Sequence record: AB897757.1
From: Klebsiella phage K64-1
DNA: 64,000 nt
Reading direction: 5' to 3' (one strand)
This document shows, one piece after another, positions 54,406 through 64,000 of this stretch. Both the position numbers and the translations under genes were made by a program. A model generated the notes under the pieces. The model had not been told where the DNA came from, did not search any database, and was given only the letters and a program-made list of their open reading frames with translations. Within the stretch, counting starts at the first letter, position 1. Each line of letters opens with the position of its first letter.

Positions 54406-55365
54406 ATGAGTAGTAGTACTTTATGGACAGAAAAATATCGCCCACTTACAATGGATGATTATGTTTCAAAAAATGACGCCCTTCGTCAAAAAATGGAAGA
54501 ATGGATCCGTACTGGTGATATTCCCCATATTGGATTTTTTGGTCCAGCAGGAACTGGTAAAACCAGTGCAATTGGTGTTTTACTGAATGGATTGGAACAA
54601 AACGGTCACATTGATATGGGTGATGTGACTATTCTTAATATGAGTTCAGAAGGTATGGATGCTATTCGTGAAAAAATCGAAAGCACAGCACAGTTATCAT
54701 GTTATGGAAGATACAGGATTTTTGTTCTCGAAGAGTTTGAAACTACTTCACAGCGTTCACAAGGTTCAATGAAACGTATTATGGAAGATTATCATGAAAC
54801 TTCTCGCTTCATCATTACCAGTAATGAACCACATAAAATCCAAAAACCTATCATTTCCCGATTACAAGTAATTAATATCGAAAAACATGATATTGACCAA
54901 TTCATGACGCGAGTACTCGATATCCTTATCAAAGAAGGTGTTGAACTTGATACAGAAGAAAGTATTAATACAGTACAGGAATACATCAAAGCATCATACC
55001 CAGATTTTCGTAAAACACTAAATGTATTGCAACAAAATGTCATTAATGGTAAACTTGTCCACATGGAAGATAGTATTGAATCTTCTGCAACGTACAGAAC
55101 CGAGATAGTAGAAGCACTGAAAAACGGTACTATTCGTGCAATGCGTGAAAAAATTGTACAAAGTATTCCAGAAGATGAGATGGATGCATTCTTTTCTTAT
55201 CTGTACCGCAATGCTGAAATGTTCAGTACTGAACCTGTTACTCTGATGAAAATCAAAGTAAAAATTCGTGATGCAGTTGTTAAACAAGCTACTGTATCAG
55301 ACCGAGAAATGAATCTAAGTGCTTTACTTTGTGAAATAGATTTGATCTGTTCAGGGAATATGTAA
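54406..55365 (+). CDS. 44: clamp-loader large subunit (gp44-like, RFC/AAA+)
   Basis: EKYRPLTMDDY and GPAGTGKTSA (Walker A), VLEEFE (Walker B) and SRLQVI (sensor) parallel T4 gp44 QKYRPSTIDE..SPGTGKTT..VIDEFD..SRCRVI. Confidence 0.8.
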   Translation: MSSSTLWTEKYRPLTMDDYVSKNDALRQKMEEWIRTGDIPHIGFFGPAGTGKTSAIGVLLNGLEQNGHIDMGDVTILNMSSEGMDAIREKIESTAQLSCYGRYRIFVLEEFETTSQRSQGSMKRIMEDYHETSRFIITSNEPHKIQKPIISRLQVINIEKHDIDQFMTRVLDILIKEGVELDTEESINTVQEYIKASYPDFRKTLNVLQQNVINGKLVHMEDSIESSATYRTEIVEALKNGTIRAMREKIVQSIPEDEMDAFFSYLYRNAEMFSTEPVTLMKIKVKIRDAVVKQATVSDREMNLSALLCEIDLICSGNM

Positions 55366-55368
55366 AAA

Positions 55369-55992
55369 ATGAATAAACAAGATTGTCTTGTATTTGATTG
55401 TGATGAAGTTCTTCTTAACCACTTAGGGGCTTTTCGCTCCTTTGTTTTTGAACATTACAATATCACACCGAATACTGAATACCCCGTTGAATATAATTTG
55501 GGATCGTGGTTTGATGTTTCTAACACTGAAATTAATGAAATGATCAAACACTTCAATGAACGTTCTTATCAATTCGGATTACTAGAACCATTACAGCACA
55601 ATACAGTAGAAGTAATGCATGAATTGCGAAGAGAATTCCCTAAAAATAAAATTGTAGTATTAACTAAATCAGGAACTGGTGGTCATGGTGAAGTACTTAG
55701 AAAAGTAAATTTAATTAATGTCTTCGGGTATATATTCGATGACATTATTATAATTGAAATGTATGAATCCAAAAAAGGTGCACTATATCAATTACAACAA
55801 AAATATAATGTAAAATTTTTAGTTGATGATTATATTAAAAATATCAAGGATGCTATGCAATTGGGAATTCGTGGTATTATGCTTAAATCCACATATAATG
55901 AAATTTACAGTTCAAGTACTGAATTTGATTATGTAAATAACTGGAGTGAGCTTAGATTAAAAATATACGAAATTTTGAACAGTAGTAAATAG
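55369..55992 (+). CDS. HAD-superfamily 5'(3')-deoxyribonucleotidase-like protein
   Basis: N-terminal DCDEVL (HAD motif I, DxDxV), VVLTKSG and a later K...DD. Confidence 0.5.
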   Translation: MNKQDCLVFDCDEVLLNHLGAFRSFVFEHYNITPNTEYPVEYNLGSWFDVSNTEINEMIKHFNERSYQFGLLEPLQHNTVEVMHELRREFPKNKIVVLTKSGTGGHGEVLRKVNLINVFGYIFDDIIIIEMYESKKGALYQLQQKYNVKFLVDDYIKNIKDAMQLGIRGIMLKSTYNEIYSSSTEFDYVNNWSELRLKIYEILNSSK

Positions 55993-56029
55993 TATATATG
56001 ATTGTAGATTTATAAAGGAATATAAAATT

Positions 56030-56575
56030 ATGCAAAACCCACAATCTACTATACAACAGTTATACGATAATCAGGGAATGTTGGATATTCTTATTGCTAT
56101 TGAAAAATATTTTGAAGATAATGATTTATATGCATATAAAGATATTCAAAGTGGTGAGATAGTTGAAGGCCCAAATATTGAAAAATACTGGGTAGAAATT
56201 GTACTGAAATATTATCGTGAAAATTTTCCAGATCCTGCTGCATTTAAAATTCTGGAACGTCATGGTACTAAAGTTAAAGTTAAAGGTGATTATGAAATTC
56301 GCCCAATTGAACACCCACGTTCCCGTAGAGATATGGAGCAAGTTCCTGCACAAAATGGTACTGTTTCTATGCCCAAAGAAGAACGAGTACCAGTACTTTT
56401 AGTTAGAGTTCAAATTCCACGAAGTGTTATTAATCCAGAAAGCTTTGATGAATACAAACTAAGTATTGCTGAATTGAATAAATCTCAAATTCAGGATGTA
56501 TCAGAATTTGAATCTGATGTGGAACAAGATGCTCCGGTGTCAGATGATGAACAATCAAATGCCGGGGGTATGTAA
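56030..56575 (+). CDS. hypothetical protein
   Basis: 181-aa ORF with RBS AAAGGAA. Confidence 0.5.
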   Translation: MQNPQSTIQQLYDNQGMLDILIAIEKYFEDNDLYAYKDIQSGEIVEGPNIEKYWVEIVLKYYRENFPDPAAFKILERHGTKVKVKGDYEIRPIEHPRSRRDMEQVPAQNGTVSMPKEERVPVLLVRVQIPRSVINPESFDEYKLSIAELNKSQIQDVSEFESDVEQDAPVSDDEQSNAGGM

Positions 56576-57252
56576 TGAAAGAACAACTAAATGAACAAGG
56601 ACTGCGACCAAATATTCTTCATGATTTGGTATATCCAATTATTAGTATAGATGAATATGAACCTAAAATTAATCAAGATAATATCGTGGTTATGTTTCAG
56701 GTATTGAATAATTATGATGCAGCATATGATTTATCTTCTTTTATTGAGAAGACAAGTAAAAATGCCATTGATACTGAAGCAGCGGAAACACCTAATCTTG
56801 ATGGTCGTTATACTGTATTTGTCGAGATGCCACGAAATGTTGAATTTCCAGAAGCATTGTATGATATGATCGTTAATATTCAAAATCTGTGTCCAGATCC
56901 GAGTTGGAAATTACAGTTATATGGGGTTAATGATCCAATTGATTTGGATGTAAAGGAAATCACCAAACTGATTAATTTGAGTTCACCTGAGAGTATTAAA
57001 GAATTTTTAGATGTAGAAGACGTAAAAATACTAAATGAGGGTGTTTTACAAATTTCAGTACACAATAAGGATTTGTATTATAGTACCGCATCTGCATTTG
57101 GTTCGGAAGATTATGTAAAAAAACTTCTTTCCGAAAATGTTGATATTGATAACACACCTTTATCTAATTATCTGAGTACTGATTTTACTGTTGTTAGAAG
57201 TAATGACAAGTACATTGTTGAAAAGAATGGGAAATATTTAATACTTAAATAG
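56575..57252 (+). CDS. hypothetical protein
   Basis: 225-aa ORF with ATGA overlap. Confidence 0.5.
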   Translation: MKEQLNEQGLRPNILHDLVYPIISIDEYEPKINQDNIVVMFQVLNNYDAAYDLSSFIEKTSKNAIDTEAAETPNLDGRYTVFVEMPRNVEFPEALYDMIVNIQNLCPDPSWKLQLYGVNDPIDLDVKEITKLINLSSPESIKEFLDVEDVKILNEGVLQISVHNKDLYYSTASAFGSEDYVKKLLSENVDIDNTPLSNYLSTDFTVVRSNDKYIVEKNGKYLILK

Positions 57253-57263
57253 GGATTTATTGT

Positions 57264-58079
57264 ATGAGAGTATTGAAATATGTACAAGCATTACACCAGA
57301 ATACTAAAATTGATGAATTCAAAAAAGAAAACGTCAAGAAACATGACAACAAAGATATAGCTATTAGGATGTATCTTCGTCGATTTGAGGTTAATCGAAT
57401 TGGAAAAAACTGGAGTGGTGAAGTAAGAGAAGATTTGGATACTGATGCAATACTAAAATCATATCTAGCCCGAAAAATTTACATCAACGAAAAGAGAATT
57501 TATATAGATCACTATCGTGAAATGGAAGAAAAGTTCACCGCTGGGTTATGGAAAATCTGGAGTATTGAACAATTTGGACACGAAGTACCTGAATTGAATG
57601 TACCAACTACATTCGAAGAATTACATAATATTTTAGTTAACAAAAATATTCATGATAAATTTTCTTTGAAAGATACTATAGATTTAGCATTGACACACAG
57701 TATGCTACATGGATACAATGGTTTCTTCGAAACGTTTGATGAATTCGATTTACTATGTGCACTACCAGGAGAGAAAAGTTGGACTTTGAGTCAAACATTT
57801 TCTCAAAAAAGCGATAACCGAAAACTGAGTCCACAACGCTGTATTCAAGTTGCTATTGCTATGTATAAACTGGACTATCTGAATTGTTCAGAACCATATC
57901 CACACTTCTGGAAGCAAAAAGCAATGGAATGTATGAACTATGCTTTGTGTAATATGGAAAAAAGTTATGAAATAAAATTCAGGAACGCAACTGTATACGA
58001 CAATCCTGAAATTTGTGAGAACCCAGACAGATACCCTCCACCAAAACCAATAGCTGAATACATCAAAAAAAGGACGTGA
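57264..58079 (+). CDS. hypothetical protein
   Basis: 271-aa ORF. Confidence 0.5.
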   Translation: MRVLKYVQALHQNTKIDEFKKENVKKHDNKDIAIRMYLRRFEVNRIGKNWSGEVREDLDTDAILKSYLARKIYINEKRIYIDHYREMEEKFTAGLWKIWSIEQFGHEVPELNVPTTFEELHNILVNKNIHDKFSLKDTIDLALTHSMLHGYNGFFETFDEFDLLCALPGEKSWTLSQTFSQKSDNRKLSPQRCIQVAIAMYKLDYLNCSEPYPHFWKQKAMECMNYALCNMEKSYEIKFRNATVYDNPEICENPDRYPPPKPIAEYIKKRT

Positions 58080-58094
58080 AAACGTCCTTTTTTA
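58071..58094 (+). terminator. rho-independent terminator
   Basis: AGGACGT-gaaa-ACGTCCT followed by TTTTT. Confidence 0.7.
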
Positions 58095-58095
58095 T

Positions 58096-58124
58096 TTGAC
58101 AAATCATTTCAAAAGAGTTATAGT
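58096..58124 (+). promoter_or_regulatory. canonical sigma70 promoter TTGACA-17-TATAGT
   Basis: TTGACA at 58096-58101 and TATAGT at 58119-58124. About 38 nt upstream of the ATG at 58163. Confidence 0.65.
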
Positions 58125-58162
58125 ACTGAAAATGTTTAATTGAATAGGACGGATAAACCCAA

Positions 58163-59278
58163 ATGAAAGGTAAATTTTTCTTCAAAGAAAAAGGTAAAGA
58201 AATCGAAATCCAGGAGTTTGATTTCGAATACGTTCTTAATTCTTTGTGTAAAGAATATAATCGCCATTCCAACAAAGAGTATTGCTATACTGTGATTGTT
58301 AGTAGAACTTATAATTCTATTGGGGAACCAGTTTTTGATGTTCGCACATTAAATTTAAAAGAAATTTATTACGACAATGTTCGTTTGTGTGTATACGATC
58401 TCATGATGGACAAAATTGCATTTCGCCGTCCAGAAATCAAAAACTTACCAGTTCCTGCATTACAGAAAGAATACCAGGAATGGAAAGAAGGTAAAGTTAA
58501 AAAATCGAGTACGCCAGTTGTTGTCGATATTCCTTTTAAAGAACTAAAACGTACTGAAATCTCCAGTAACGATCATCGTATTCCAGATATTATGTCACAA
58601 TTTAATGTGGATAGTTCTAAAGCATTAAAAGTACTGGACTGGATTGTTAATCTTCCAGTATGTACACAAGAAGTTACAATTAAAGTTCAAAACATCAGTA
58701 CAAGACAACTGGAACTCAATGATGCATTACAACAACACAGTGAATATATTCATAAACTAATGAATAACTTAACATCTGCGTTAGAAACATTATTTCCATT
58801 AAAGCCAACATTTACTCAGAAGTTATTTGGTAAACAACCAGTTATTAAAATAGAACAATCTGATTTAAAAAATGTGATGGATACATTGAAGAAAGCAGTA
58901 CAGTATGACACCACTAAGTTTAATGGTATTGATACTATGTTTTCTTCTTTAATTAGTGATATTCGTGCAATGCAGGACGAATTTGGTACAGCAGAAAATG
59001 CATGTGATTTTGCTATCAGTACATTAGAAGATAACTTTGAATTTGAATTAATGAAAAATCGCATTCTGAAAATGTCGATTACTAATACATCATCAGAAGC
59101 TGCACTAATTGGGTTCAATAAGAAATACAGAATAGATGTGGATCAAATGGTTGATATTCAAACAACAACGATTCCATGGATTATCATGCGTTTGCAGAAT
59201 CAGGTAGGACAAACTGTTGATTCTGAAACAGTTGATATTCTTAAAAATTTGGCATACGGTAAAAAAGATGACAAATAA
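58163..59278 (+). CDS. hypothetical protein
   Basis: 371-aa ORF. Confidence 0.5.
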   Translation: MKGKFFFKEKGKEIEIQEFDFEYVLNSLCKEYNRHSNKEYCYTVIVSRTYNSIGEPVFDVRTLNLKEIYYDNVRLCVYDLMMDKIAFRRPEIKNLPVPALQKEYQEWKEGKVKKSSTPVVVDIPFKELKRTEISSNDHRIPDIMSQFNVDSSKALKVLDWIVNLPVCTQEVTIKVQNISTRQLELNDALQQHSEYIHKLMNNLTSALETLFPLKPTFTQKLFGKQPVIKIEQSDLKNVMDTLKKAVQYDTTKFNGIDTMFSSLISDIRAMQDEFGTAENACDFAISTLEDNFEFELMKNRILKMSITNTSSEAALIGFNKKYRIDVDQMVDIQTTTIPWIIMRLQNQVGQTVDSETVDILKNLAYGKKDDK

Positions 59279-59281
59279 CGG

Positions 59282-59309
59282 TTGACACAGTAACAGAGTG
59301 CTGTATAAT
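59282..59309 (+). promoter_or_regulatory. sigma70 promoter TTGACA-16-TGtTATAAT
   Basis: TTGACA at 59282-59287 and TATAAT at 59304-59309 with an upstream TG. Confidence 0.6.
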
Positions 59310-59337
59310 CTTTTATATCGAAACAACATACAGCACT
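59297..59337 (+). promoter_or_regulatory. 10-bp perfect inverted repeat spanning the -10 box (candidate operator)
   Basis: AGTGCTGTAT (59297-59306) and ATACAGCACT (59328-59337) are separated by 21 bp. The left arm overlaps TATAAT. Confidence 0.4.
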
Positions 59338-59370
59338 TAAAACTTTTAATTCACCGAAGGAAACATTACA

Positions 59371-60498
59371 ATGTCCGAGAAAGAAATTAATCCCACTAAA
59401 GCAGCCAAGAAAACTAACACTAAAACACGTAAAGCTCTAGCTATGGATGATTCTATCCTGGAAACTCCAAAAAAGAATCTACCGTCAAATGTTGCTTTGC
59501 GTGATACAAAAGGTACTCAACTCGCATTAACTATTGAAAACATCAATAGCATTGGTACTGTAACTGGTACTAAAGTTGCTGCATTAAGCAATGACATTCT
59601 AACTAAAGTCAATGCAAGTGATACCAGTACTGAATTTGGTAAATCAGTATCCACTATTCTGAATCTTACTCGTTCAGTTGATATTGAATCACTTGTACAG
59701 GATAAAAGCCTTATCGGTTGGTTGCGTTCTAAATTTGTTGATGTTAAACAAAAAGTAGGCGACCAGTACAAAAATAGTAAAGAACAAATTGATGAAATTC
59801 TTACAACTATGGAACGCGGTATTATCCGCCAACAAGGTGAGCAGACGTGGCTTGAAAATTCTTATAATGAAAGTAAGAACTATCTCTTTGAATTACGTGA
59901 TTCACTTGATAATTTGCTTGAAGTAACTGCTGAACAACAATCTATTCTTACTGAATACCAGAAAGATGAAAATGTTGATGTATATGTTATTCAAGATCAA
60001 AAAGCAATCGTGGATGCATTGGAACGTCAGGTTGATACCGTTCGTCGACTGATTCTGATGGTGGAAATTAATATTCCACAGATCGCGGCGATGAAGAAAG
60101 TTAATCTCAGTACTATCTCAAAATTCCATGATATGAAAACTATCATGATTCCGAGTTGGACTACTACTCTTAGTCAGAACTTGATCAGTGACCGTCAGAA
60201 AAAAGATCAAGAACTTACTGAATTGTTGGCTAATGAAACAAACCGTATGTTGCGTGTGGGAAGTGAAATGGTTGGTAAGAATATGATCGCAGCAGCTAAA
60301 GCAGCAGGTCGAGGTGTAGTTGATGTTGAAACTCTTCGTATTGCACAGAAAAACATCGTCGATGGTATGACTCAAGTTATTCATGAAGAGAAGAAACTGA
60401 AAGAAGAACGTGCTAATGCTGCAATTGAAATGAGTAAAATGTCACTTGAGTTAAAAGAAACTCTTCGTGATATTGCAGAGAAATCCGGTAAAATCTAA
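59371..60498 (+). CDS. TelA/KlaB-like (toxic-anion-resistance family) coiled-coil protein
   Basis: 375-aa all-helical protein with the length and heptad-rich organisation typical of TelA/YaaN. RBS GAAGGAAA. Confidence 0.4.
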   Translation: MSEKEINPTKAAKKTNTKTRKALAMDDSILETPKKNLPSNVALRDTKGTQLALTIENINSIGTVTGTKVAALSNDILTKVNASDTSTEFGKSVSTILNLTRSVDIESLVQDKSLIGWLRSKFVDVKQKVGDQYKNSKEQIDEILTTMERGIIRQQGEQTWLENSYNESKNYLFELRDSLDNLLEVTAEQQSILTEYQKDENVDVYVIQDQKAIVDALERQVDTVRRLILMVEINIPQIAAMKKVNLSTISKFHDMKTIMIPSWTTTLSQNLISDRQKKDQELTELLANETNRMLRVGSEMVGKNMIAAAKAAGRGVVDVETLRIAQKNIVDGMTQVIHEEKKLKEERANAAIEMSKMSLELKETLRDIAEKSGKI

Positions 60499-60519
60499 TA
60501 CACAATCATACTCACAGTT

Positions 60520-60550
60520 AAAAAGGTTCCACTTCTGGAACCTTTTTTTA
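60520..60550 (+). terminator. strong rho-independent terminator
   Basis: AGGTTCCA-cttc-TGGAACCT followed by T7. Confidence 0.8.
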
Positions 60551-60566
60551 ATATTGGAGGTTATTA

Positions 60567-61247
60567 ATGACAAAGTTGTTATCACTTGATATTGAATCAT
60601 TTGGTGTACCTGAACGTTCTGGGTATAATATCGTAGTACCAAATTATGCGGTTGTGCTTATCCCAGATAATCCCATGCATTTAATTGAATCTTTTTCGTA
60701 TGTAAAACTACCATTTCAACCACAAGTAGAAAATGGGTTAAAAGTTGATGCAGGTTCGATGGATTTTTGGTTCAATGAATGTAGGAAGTATTACCCAAAT
60801 GCACTAAATGAAGTTACAAGTACGTTCAATTTAAAAGAACCTGAAGTTTATCAAGTAACAAAATCTTCTAGATTTAAATCCAATGATGTTATTTCTATGT
60901 GGAAAGACCTAAGATATAATATCTATGGTGAAGAAGAATCGTTGGAAATTTGGGGCAATGGTTGTAACTTTGATTGTAGTATTTTACAAGCAAATCATTT
61001 ACTTCAATTCAATAAAGGTGACTTGTGGAATTATGCTTCACCACAAAACGCCCGTTCTTTAAAACGATTGTTAAGTGCTGAAGAGCGTGAAGAAATGGAT
61101 GAAATTGTTAAAAAACAGTTATTAAAATTCACTGACTTTGCAGCAGGGCATGGTTTTAACGCACTGGAACTGCATCACCCATTATATGATGCAGCACGAG
61201 AAGCCATTCAGATTTCTTATTGCTTGAATAAAAAATCATCAAAATAA
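60567..61247 (+). CDS. dexA: DexA-like 3'-5' exonuclease
   Basis: LSLDIESFG, WGNGCNFDCSIL and ALELHHPLYDAAREAIQ match T4 DexA IIDFETMGSG, WCRGMSFDFPIL and GFVAHDSIHDCAKDIL. RBS GGAGG. Confidence 0.65.
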   Translation: MTKLLSLDIESFGVPERSGYNIVVPNYAVVLIPDNPMHLIESFSYVKLPFQPQVENGLKVDAGSMDFWFNECRKYYPNALNEVTSTFNLKEPEVYQVTKSSRFKSNDVISMWKDLRYNIYGEEESLEIWGNGCNFDCSILQANHLLQFNKGDLWNYASPQNARSLKRLLSAEEREEMDEIVKKQLLKFTDFAAGHGFNALELHHPLYDAAREAIQISYCLNKKSSK

Positions 61248-61269
61248 AAGTTGAAAAAATTTTGAATAC

Positions 61270-61295
61270 AGGATATACTAGTTATATCCTTTTTA
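61270..61295 (+). terminator. rho-independent terminator
   Basis: AGGATATA-ctagt-TATATCCT followed by TTTT. Confidence 0.65.
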
Positions 61296-61312
61296 ATTTA
61301 AGAGATGATCAA

Positions 61313-62410
61313 ATGTTAAGTTATGTCATTTTGTTACTACCTGCACTTATTGTTATGTTTGTGATGAAATACATTTATAACAAAGAAATTAGTACTAAAG
61401 AATTTTTGATTCATGGGGCTATTTGTATTATTAGTGCAACTGTTGTATTGGCACTTTCTTATGCAATAAATTACGCTTCATTGACTGATACCCAGATTTT
61501 AAATGGTAAAGTACTAAGTAAGAACAAACACGTTGAGACTTGTACTCAATATAGCTCGTGTGAGCATTATTATGTAAAAGAAAAATGTCATTATTACACA
61601 GATAGTAAAGGAAAACGTCACAAAAGTTGTGAAACATATAAAGTGTTTGATTATCCGTATGAAGTTGACTGGTATGTCAATACCAGTGTGGGTGACTTCA
61701 AAATTAAACGAGTCAACCGACAAGGTACTACAACACCAAATAGATGGTCAGTTGTTAAAATAAATGATTATGCAAGTAATACTTCATATTATATAAATTA
61801 TCTTCTTTCTGATAAAAATTCATTATTCAGTACTGAAAATGATATCAAAAATTACAGCGAAAAATATTTGAATTCTCTACCAGAATATCCTGAAATTTTT
61901 GATTATTATCATACTGAACATGTAATCAATACAACAAAAGCAGATGTTTCTGGTTTTGATGAATACATTAAAGATGAACTGAAAGATTTGGGATCATCTA
62001 AACAAGTAAACATTGAAATATTAATTTATGATTACAAAGATGTTGACTTTGTTGATGCAGTATTGTTAAAATGGAAGGGTGGTAAGAAAAATGATGTTAT
62101 CATGTTCTTTGGTATTGATGAAAATTCAATTGTAAAATCTTTCGTAAGTACATCTTTCGCCAAAGGGGTTGGTAATGAAGAATTACATTCCAAAATGAGA
62201 ATTGATGCATTACAAGAGAAATTAAATCTTGACTTAATCAAGAAAGAAGTACATAATATCAGTACAAAGTTCGTAAGACAACCAAATGAAAACTTTTCTT
62301 ATCTAGCAACAAAACTGGAACCAAGAAAAGATGTGATGATTTTGGTGTCTATTATACTGTTAATTCTGTCCTATTTCGTTGGACTATACATGAGAGATAA
62401 TGAAGTATGA
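61313..62410 (+). CDS. membrane protein (N-terminal 2 TM + C-terminal TM)
   Basis: Starts MLSYVILLLPALIVMFVM. C-terminal VMILVSIILLILSYFVGLYM. The ATG at 61313 is chosen because the track's TTG start at 61262 lies inside the terminator. Confidence 0.5.
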   Translation: MLSYVILLLPALIVMFVMKYIYNKEISTKEFLIHGAICIISATVVLALSYAINYASLTDTQILNGKVLSKNKHVETCTQYSSCEHYYVKEKCHYYTDSKGKRHKSCETYKVFDYPYEVDWYVNTSVGDFKIKRVNRQGTTTPNRWSVVKINDYASNTSYYINYLLSDKNSLFSTENDIKNYSEKYLNSLPEYPEIFDYYHTEHVINTTKADVSGFDEYIKDELKDLGSSKQVNIEILIYDYKDVDFVDAVLLKWKGGKKNDVIMFFGIDENSIVKSFVSTSFAKGVGNEELHSKMRIDALQEKLNLDLIKKEVHNISTKFVRQPNENFSYLATKLEPRKDVMILVSIILLILSYFVGLYMRDNEV

Positions 62411-62961
62411 ATAAAAATCTAATTGCTGTTTGTGCTGGACTGGTTTTAATTTTTTTGTGTGCAGTAGGTTATGTATCGATGTATAGTTCTGCTCATGATA
62501 CTGCTGTGTCATTTGAAGAGAATATTAAAAAGTACTACGATGCTAGTGAATCACAATTGAGTACATATACACTGACTATTCAGGAAAAAGTACAAATTTC
62601 CGACAAATATAAAGATGGCCTGAAAGAAGTAATTGAATCATATTTCAAAGGTCGTGAAGGTGCAGATCAAAACTTTGTAATGTCATATGTTCAACAGCAT
62701 GTCCCAAATCTTGATCCTAAAATGTATCAAGAACTAATGGTGACGATTGATTCAGGGCGAGAGAAGTTTAACAATCTTCAGAAAATGAAAATCGAGCAAT
62801 GTACTGAATATGGTAAATTCAGAAAAGGATTCTGGAATTCCAAAATTCTGGATAAGGATGTATTCCCAGGTAAAGATATTGAACATTACTGTGCAGTGGT
62901 ATCCGATACACGTACCAAGAATGCAATGAAAACTGGAGTACAAGAAGTTATTAAATTATAA
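62407..62961 (+). CDS. membrane-anchored protein (possibly LemA-like)
   Basis: N-terminal TM segment LIAVCAGLVLIFLCAVGY followed by a helical soluble domain. Confidence 0.4.
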   Translation: MNKNLIAVCAGLVLIFLCAVGYVSMYSSAHDTAVSFEENIKKYYDASESQLSTYTLTIQEKVQISDKYKDGLKEVIESYFKGREGADQNFVMSYVQQHVPNLDPKMYQELMVTIDSGREKFNNLQKMKIEQCTEYGKFRKGFWNSKILDKDVFPGKDIEHYCAVVSDTRTKNAMKTGVQEVIKL

Positions 62962-62965
62962 TTTG

Positions 62966-62992
62966 AAGGGGAGACGAAAGTCTTCCCTTTTC
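62966..62992 (+). terminator. terminator hairpin with GNRA tetraloop
   Basis: GGGGAGAC-gaaa-GTCTTCCC (one G.U pair) followed by TTTTC. Confidence 0.5.
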
Positions 62993-63007
62993 TTGTTAGG
63001 TGAATAT

Positions 63008-63598
63008 ATGTATCACAATGAAACAATAGAGCTATTTGAAATAATCAACTCATTTGAGCCGGAGATGTTAAAAACATTACCCAGTTATGATGTACAACAC
63101 AACGGACGTTCTTTCAGTTATATTTCAACATATGCAGAATCAGAACATCCAATAAAATACAACGAATTTACGGTTAAATGGGTAACAGAAAGGGAAGATG
63201 AAGTTGTACCAACTATTTCAGTTGGTTCTTCAACTTTAACATCATTGACTCGTACTTACAATAATGTCAGTACTGATTTATTGAATACTTGTACAGTACT
63301 TGTATCAAGTGATTTATCCAGATTGATTTCAGTACAATGGGAAATGGGCTTGAATAGCAATATGATTTACCCACAGGCTATGATTAGTTCTACAATTATT
63401 AAAAAAACAACATCTGAAATGAAATTGATGAATGCGTTGTATTTGCGAAATGAAAGTGTATTAATTAATGGTGTACTTTATGATTTAAATGCAAATGCAA
63501 ATGCATTCACTGAAGATATTAGTGATGATAAATCACATTTTTCTATACTAAACGTCATTAATTTAAGGAACATTTTTAATGAATTACGATTGGCTTGA
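63008..63598 (+). CDS. hypothetical protein
   Basis: ATG at 63008 with an AGGTGA RBS. The track's TTG at 62963 would read through the hairpin. Confidence 0.45.
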   Translation: MYHNETIELFEIINSFEPEMLKTLPSYDVQHNGRSFSYISTYAESEHPIKYNEFTVKWVTEREDEVVPTISVGSSTLTSLTRTYNNVSTDLLNTCTVLVSSDLSRLISVQWEMGLNSNMIYPQAMISSTIIKKTTSEMKLMNALYLRNESVLINGVLYDLNANANAFTEDISDDKSHFSILNVINLRNIFNELRLA

Positions 63599-64000
63599 AA
63601 CCCTTATTAACGAATCATGTAATGCACTAAAAGAATATGATATTTCAGTGTTTTTCAATCCACTATTCAATGATCACAAATTTGAATCATTTGATATAGA
63701 AAAAAGAGATAATTTTATTATCTTAAAAAATGGTATTAGTCAGAAAGAAGTCGTGACATATAAAAAGAATTCAAGTCCTTATAATATTAGTACTGCGATA
63801 GTTGGTAGTTCTGCGATAAATGGTAATATCAATGTTTATAACAAAAATCCATTTCATGATGATTTACCTGATTATCACAGTATTGAGTATGTAAATTACA
63901 CTTATTCATTTGTTTTCAGACAAGACGGTTTTATCGGGTTTGATGTAAAGAAAAAATCAGAAACTCTATTGAATATTATTGTTGGAAATAGTGATATTTT
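63579..64000 (+). CDS. hypothetical protein, 3'-partial (runs off window)
   Basis: Open frame from the ATG at 63579 (MNYDWLETLINES...) to the window end with no stop. Confidence 0.45.
   Translation, partial: MNYDWLETLINESCNALKEYDISVFFNPLFNDHKFESFDIEKRDNFIILKNGISQKEVVTYKKNSSPYNISTAIVGSSAINGNINVYNKNPFHDDLPDYHSIEYVNYTYSFVFRQDGFIGFDVKKKSETLLNIIVGNSDI

Overview
This 64-kb window looks like an AT-rich T4-like (Tevenvirinae-related) myovirus segment, almost entirely + strand, covering the early/middle replication, recombination and nucleotide-metabolism module. Recognisable genes are a partial sliding clamp, RNase H, a large terminase subunit interrupted by an intein, gp32 SSB, UvsX, a DnaQ-like exonuclease, UvsW, gp61 primase, gp41 helicase, a RecB-family nuclease, NrdA/NrdB, a MazG-like NTPase, DHFR, Dda, topoisomerase II large (gp39+60 fused) and medium (gp52) subunits, gp44 clamp loader, a HAD nucleotidase, a TelA-like protein and DexA. 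Between them are about 40 hypothetical ORFs, about 15 rho-independent terminators and a family of at least 8 near-identical sigma70-type early promoters (TTGAAC, 17-18 bp spacer, TATAAT). The most unusual content is: (1) a class-3-type (WCT-motif) intein with a nested LAGLIDADG endonuclease in the terminase P-loop; (2) a three-member family of large modular endonuclease-like genes (NUMOD-like repeats + Zn ribbon + Vsr-like nuclease + GNAT-like C-domain), with two intact copies, one frameshifted pseudogene and one free-standing C-domain ORF, plus a second nuclease-like gene that reuses the same Zn-ribbon module four times; (3) a phage-encoded IF3 homologue; (4) two divergent GroES-like genes; (5) a GC-rich minus-strand paralogue pair; (6) a strongly over-represented perfect palindrome (T/A)TCAGTACTGA(A/T). 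No tRNA, CRISPR or group I intron was seen.
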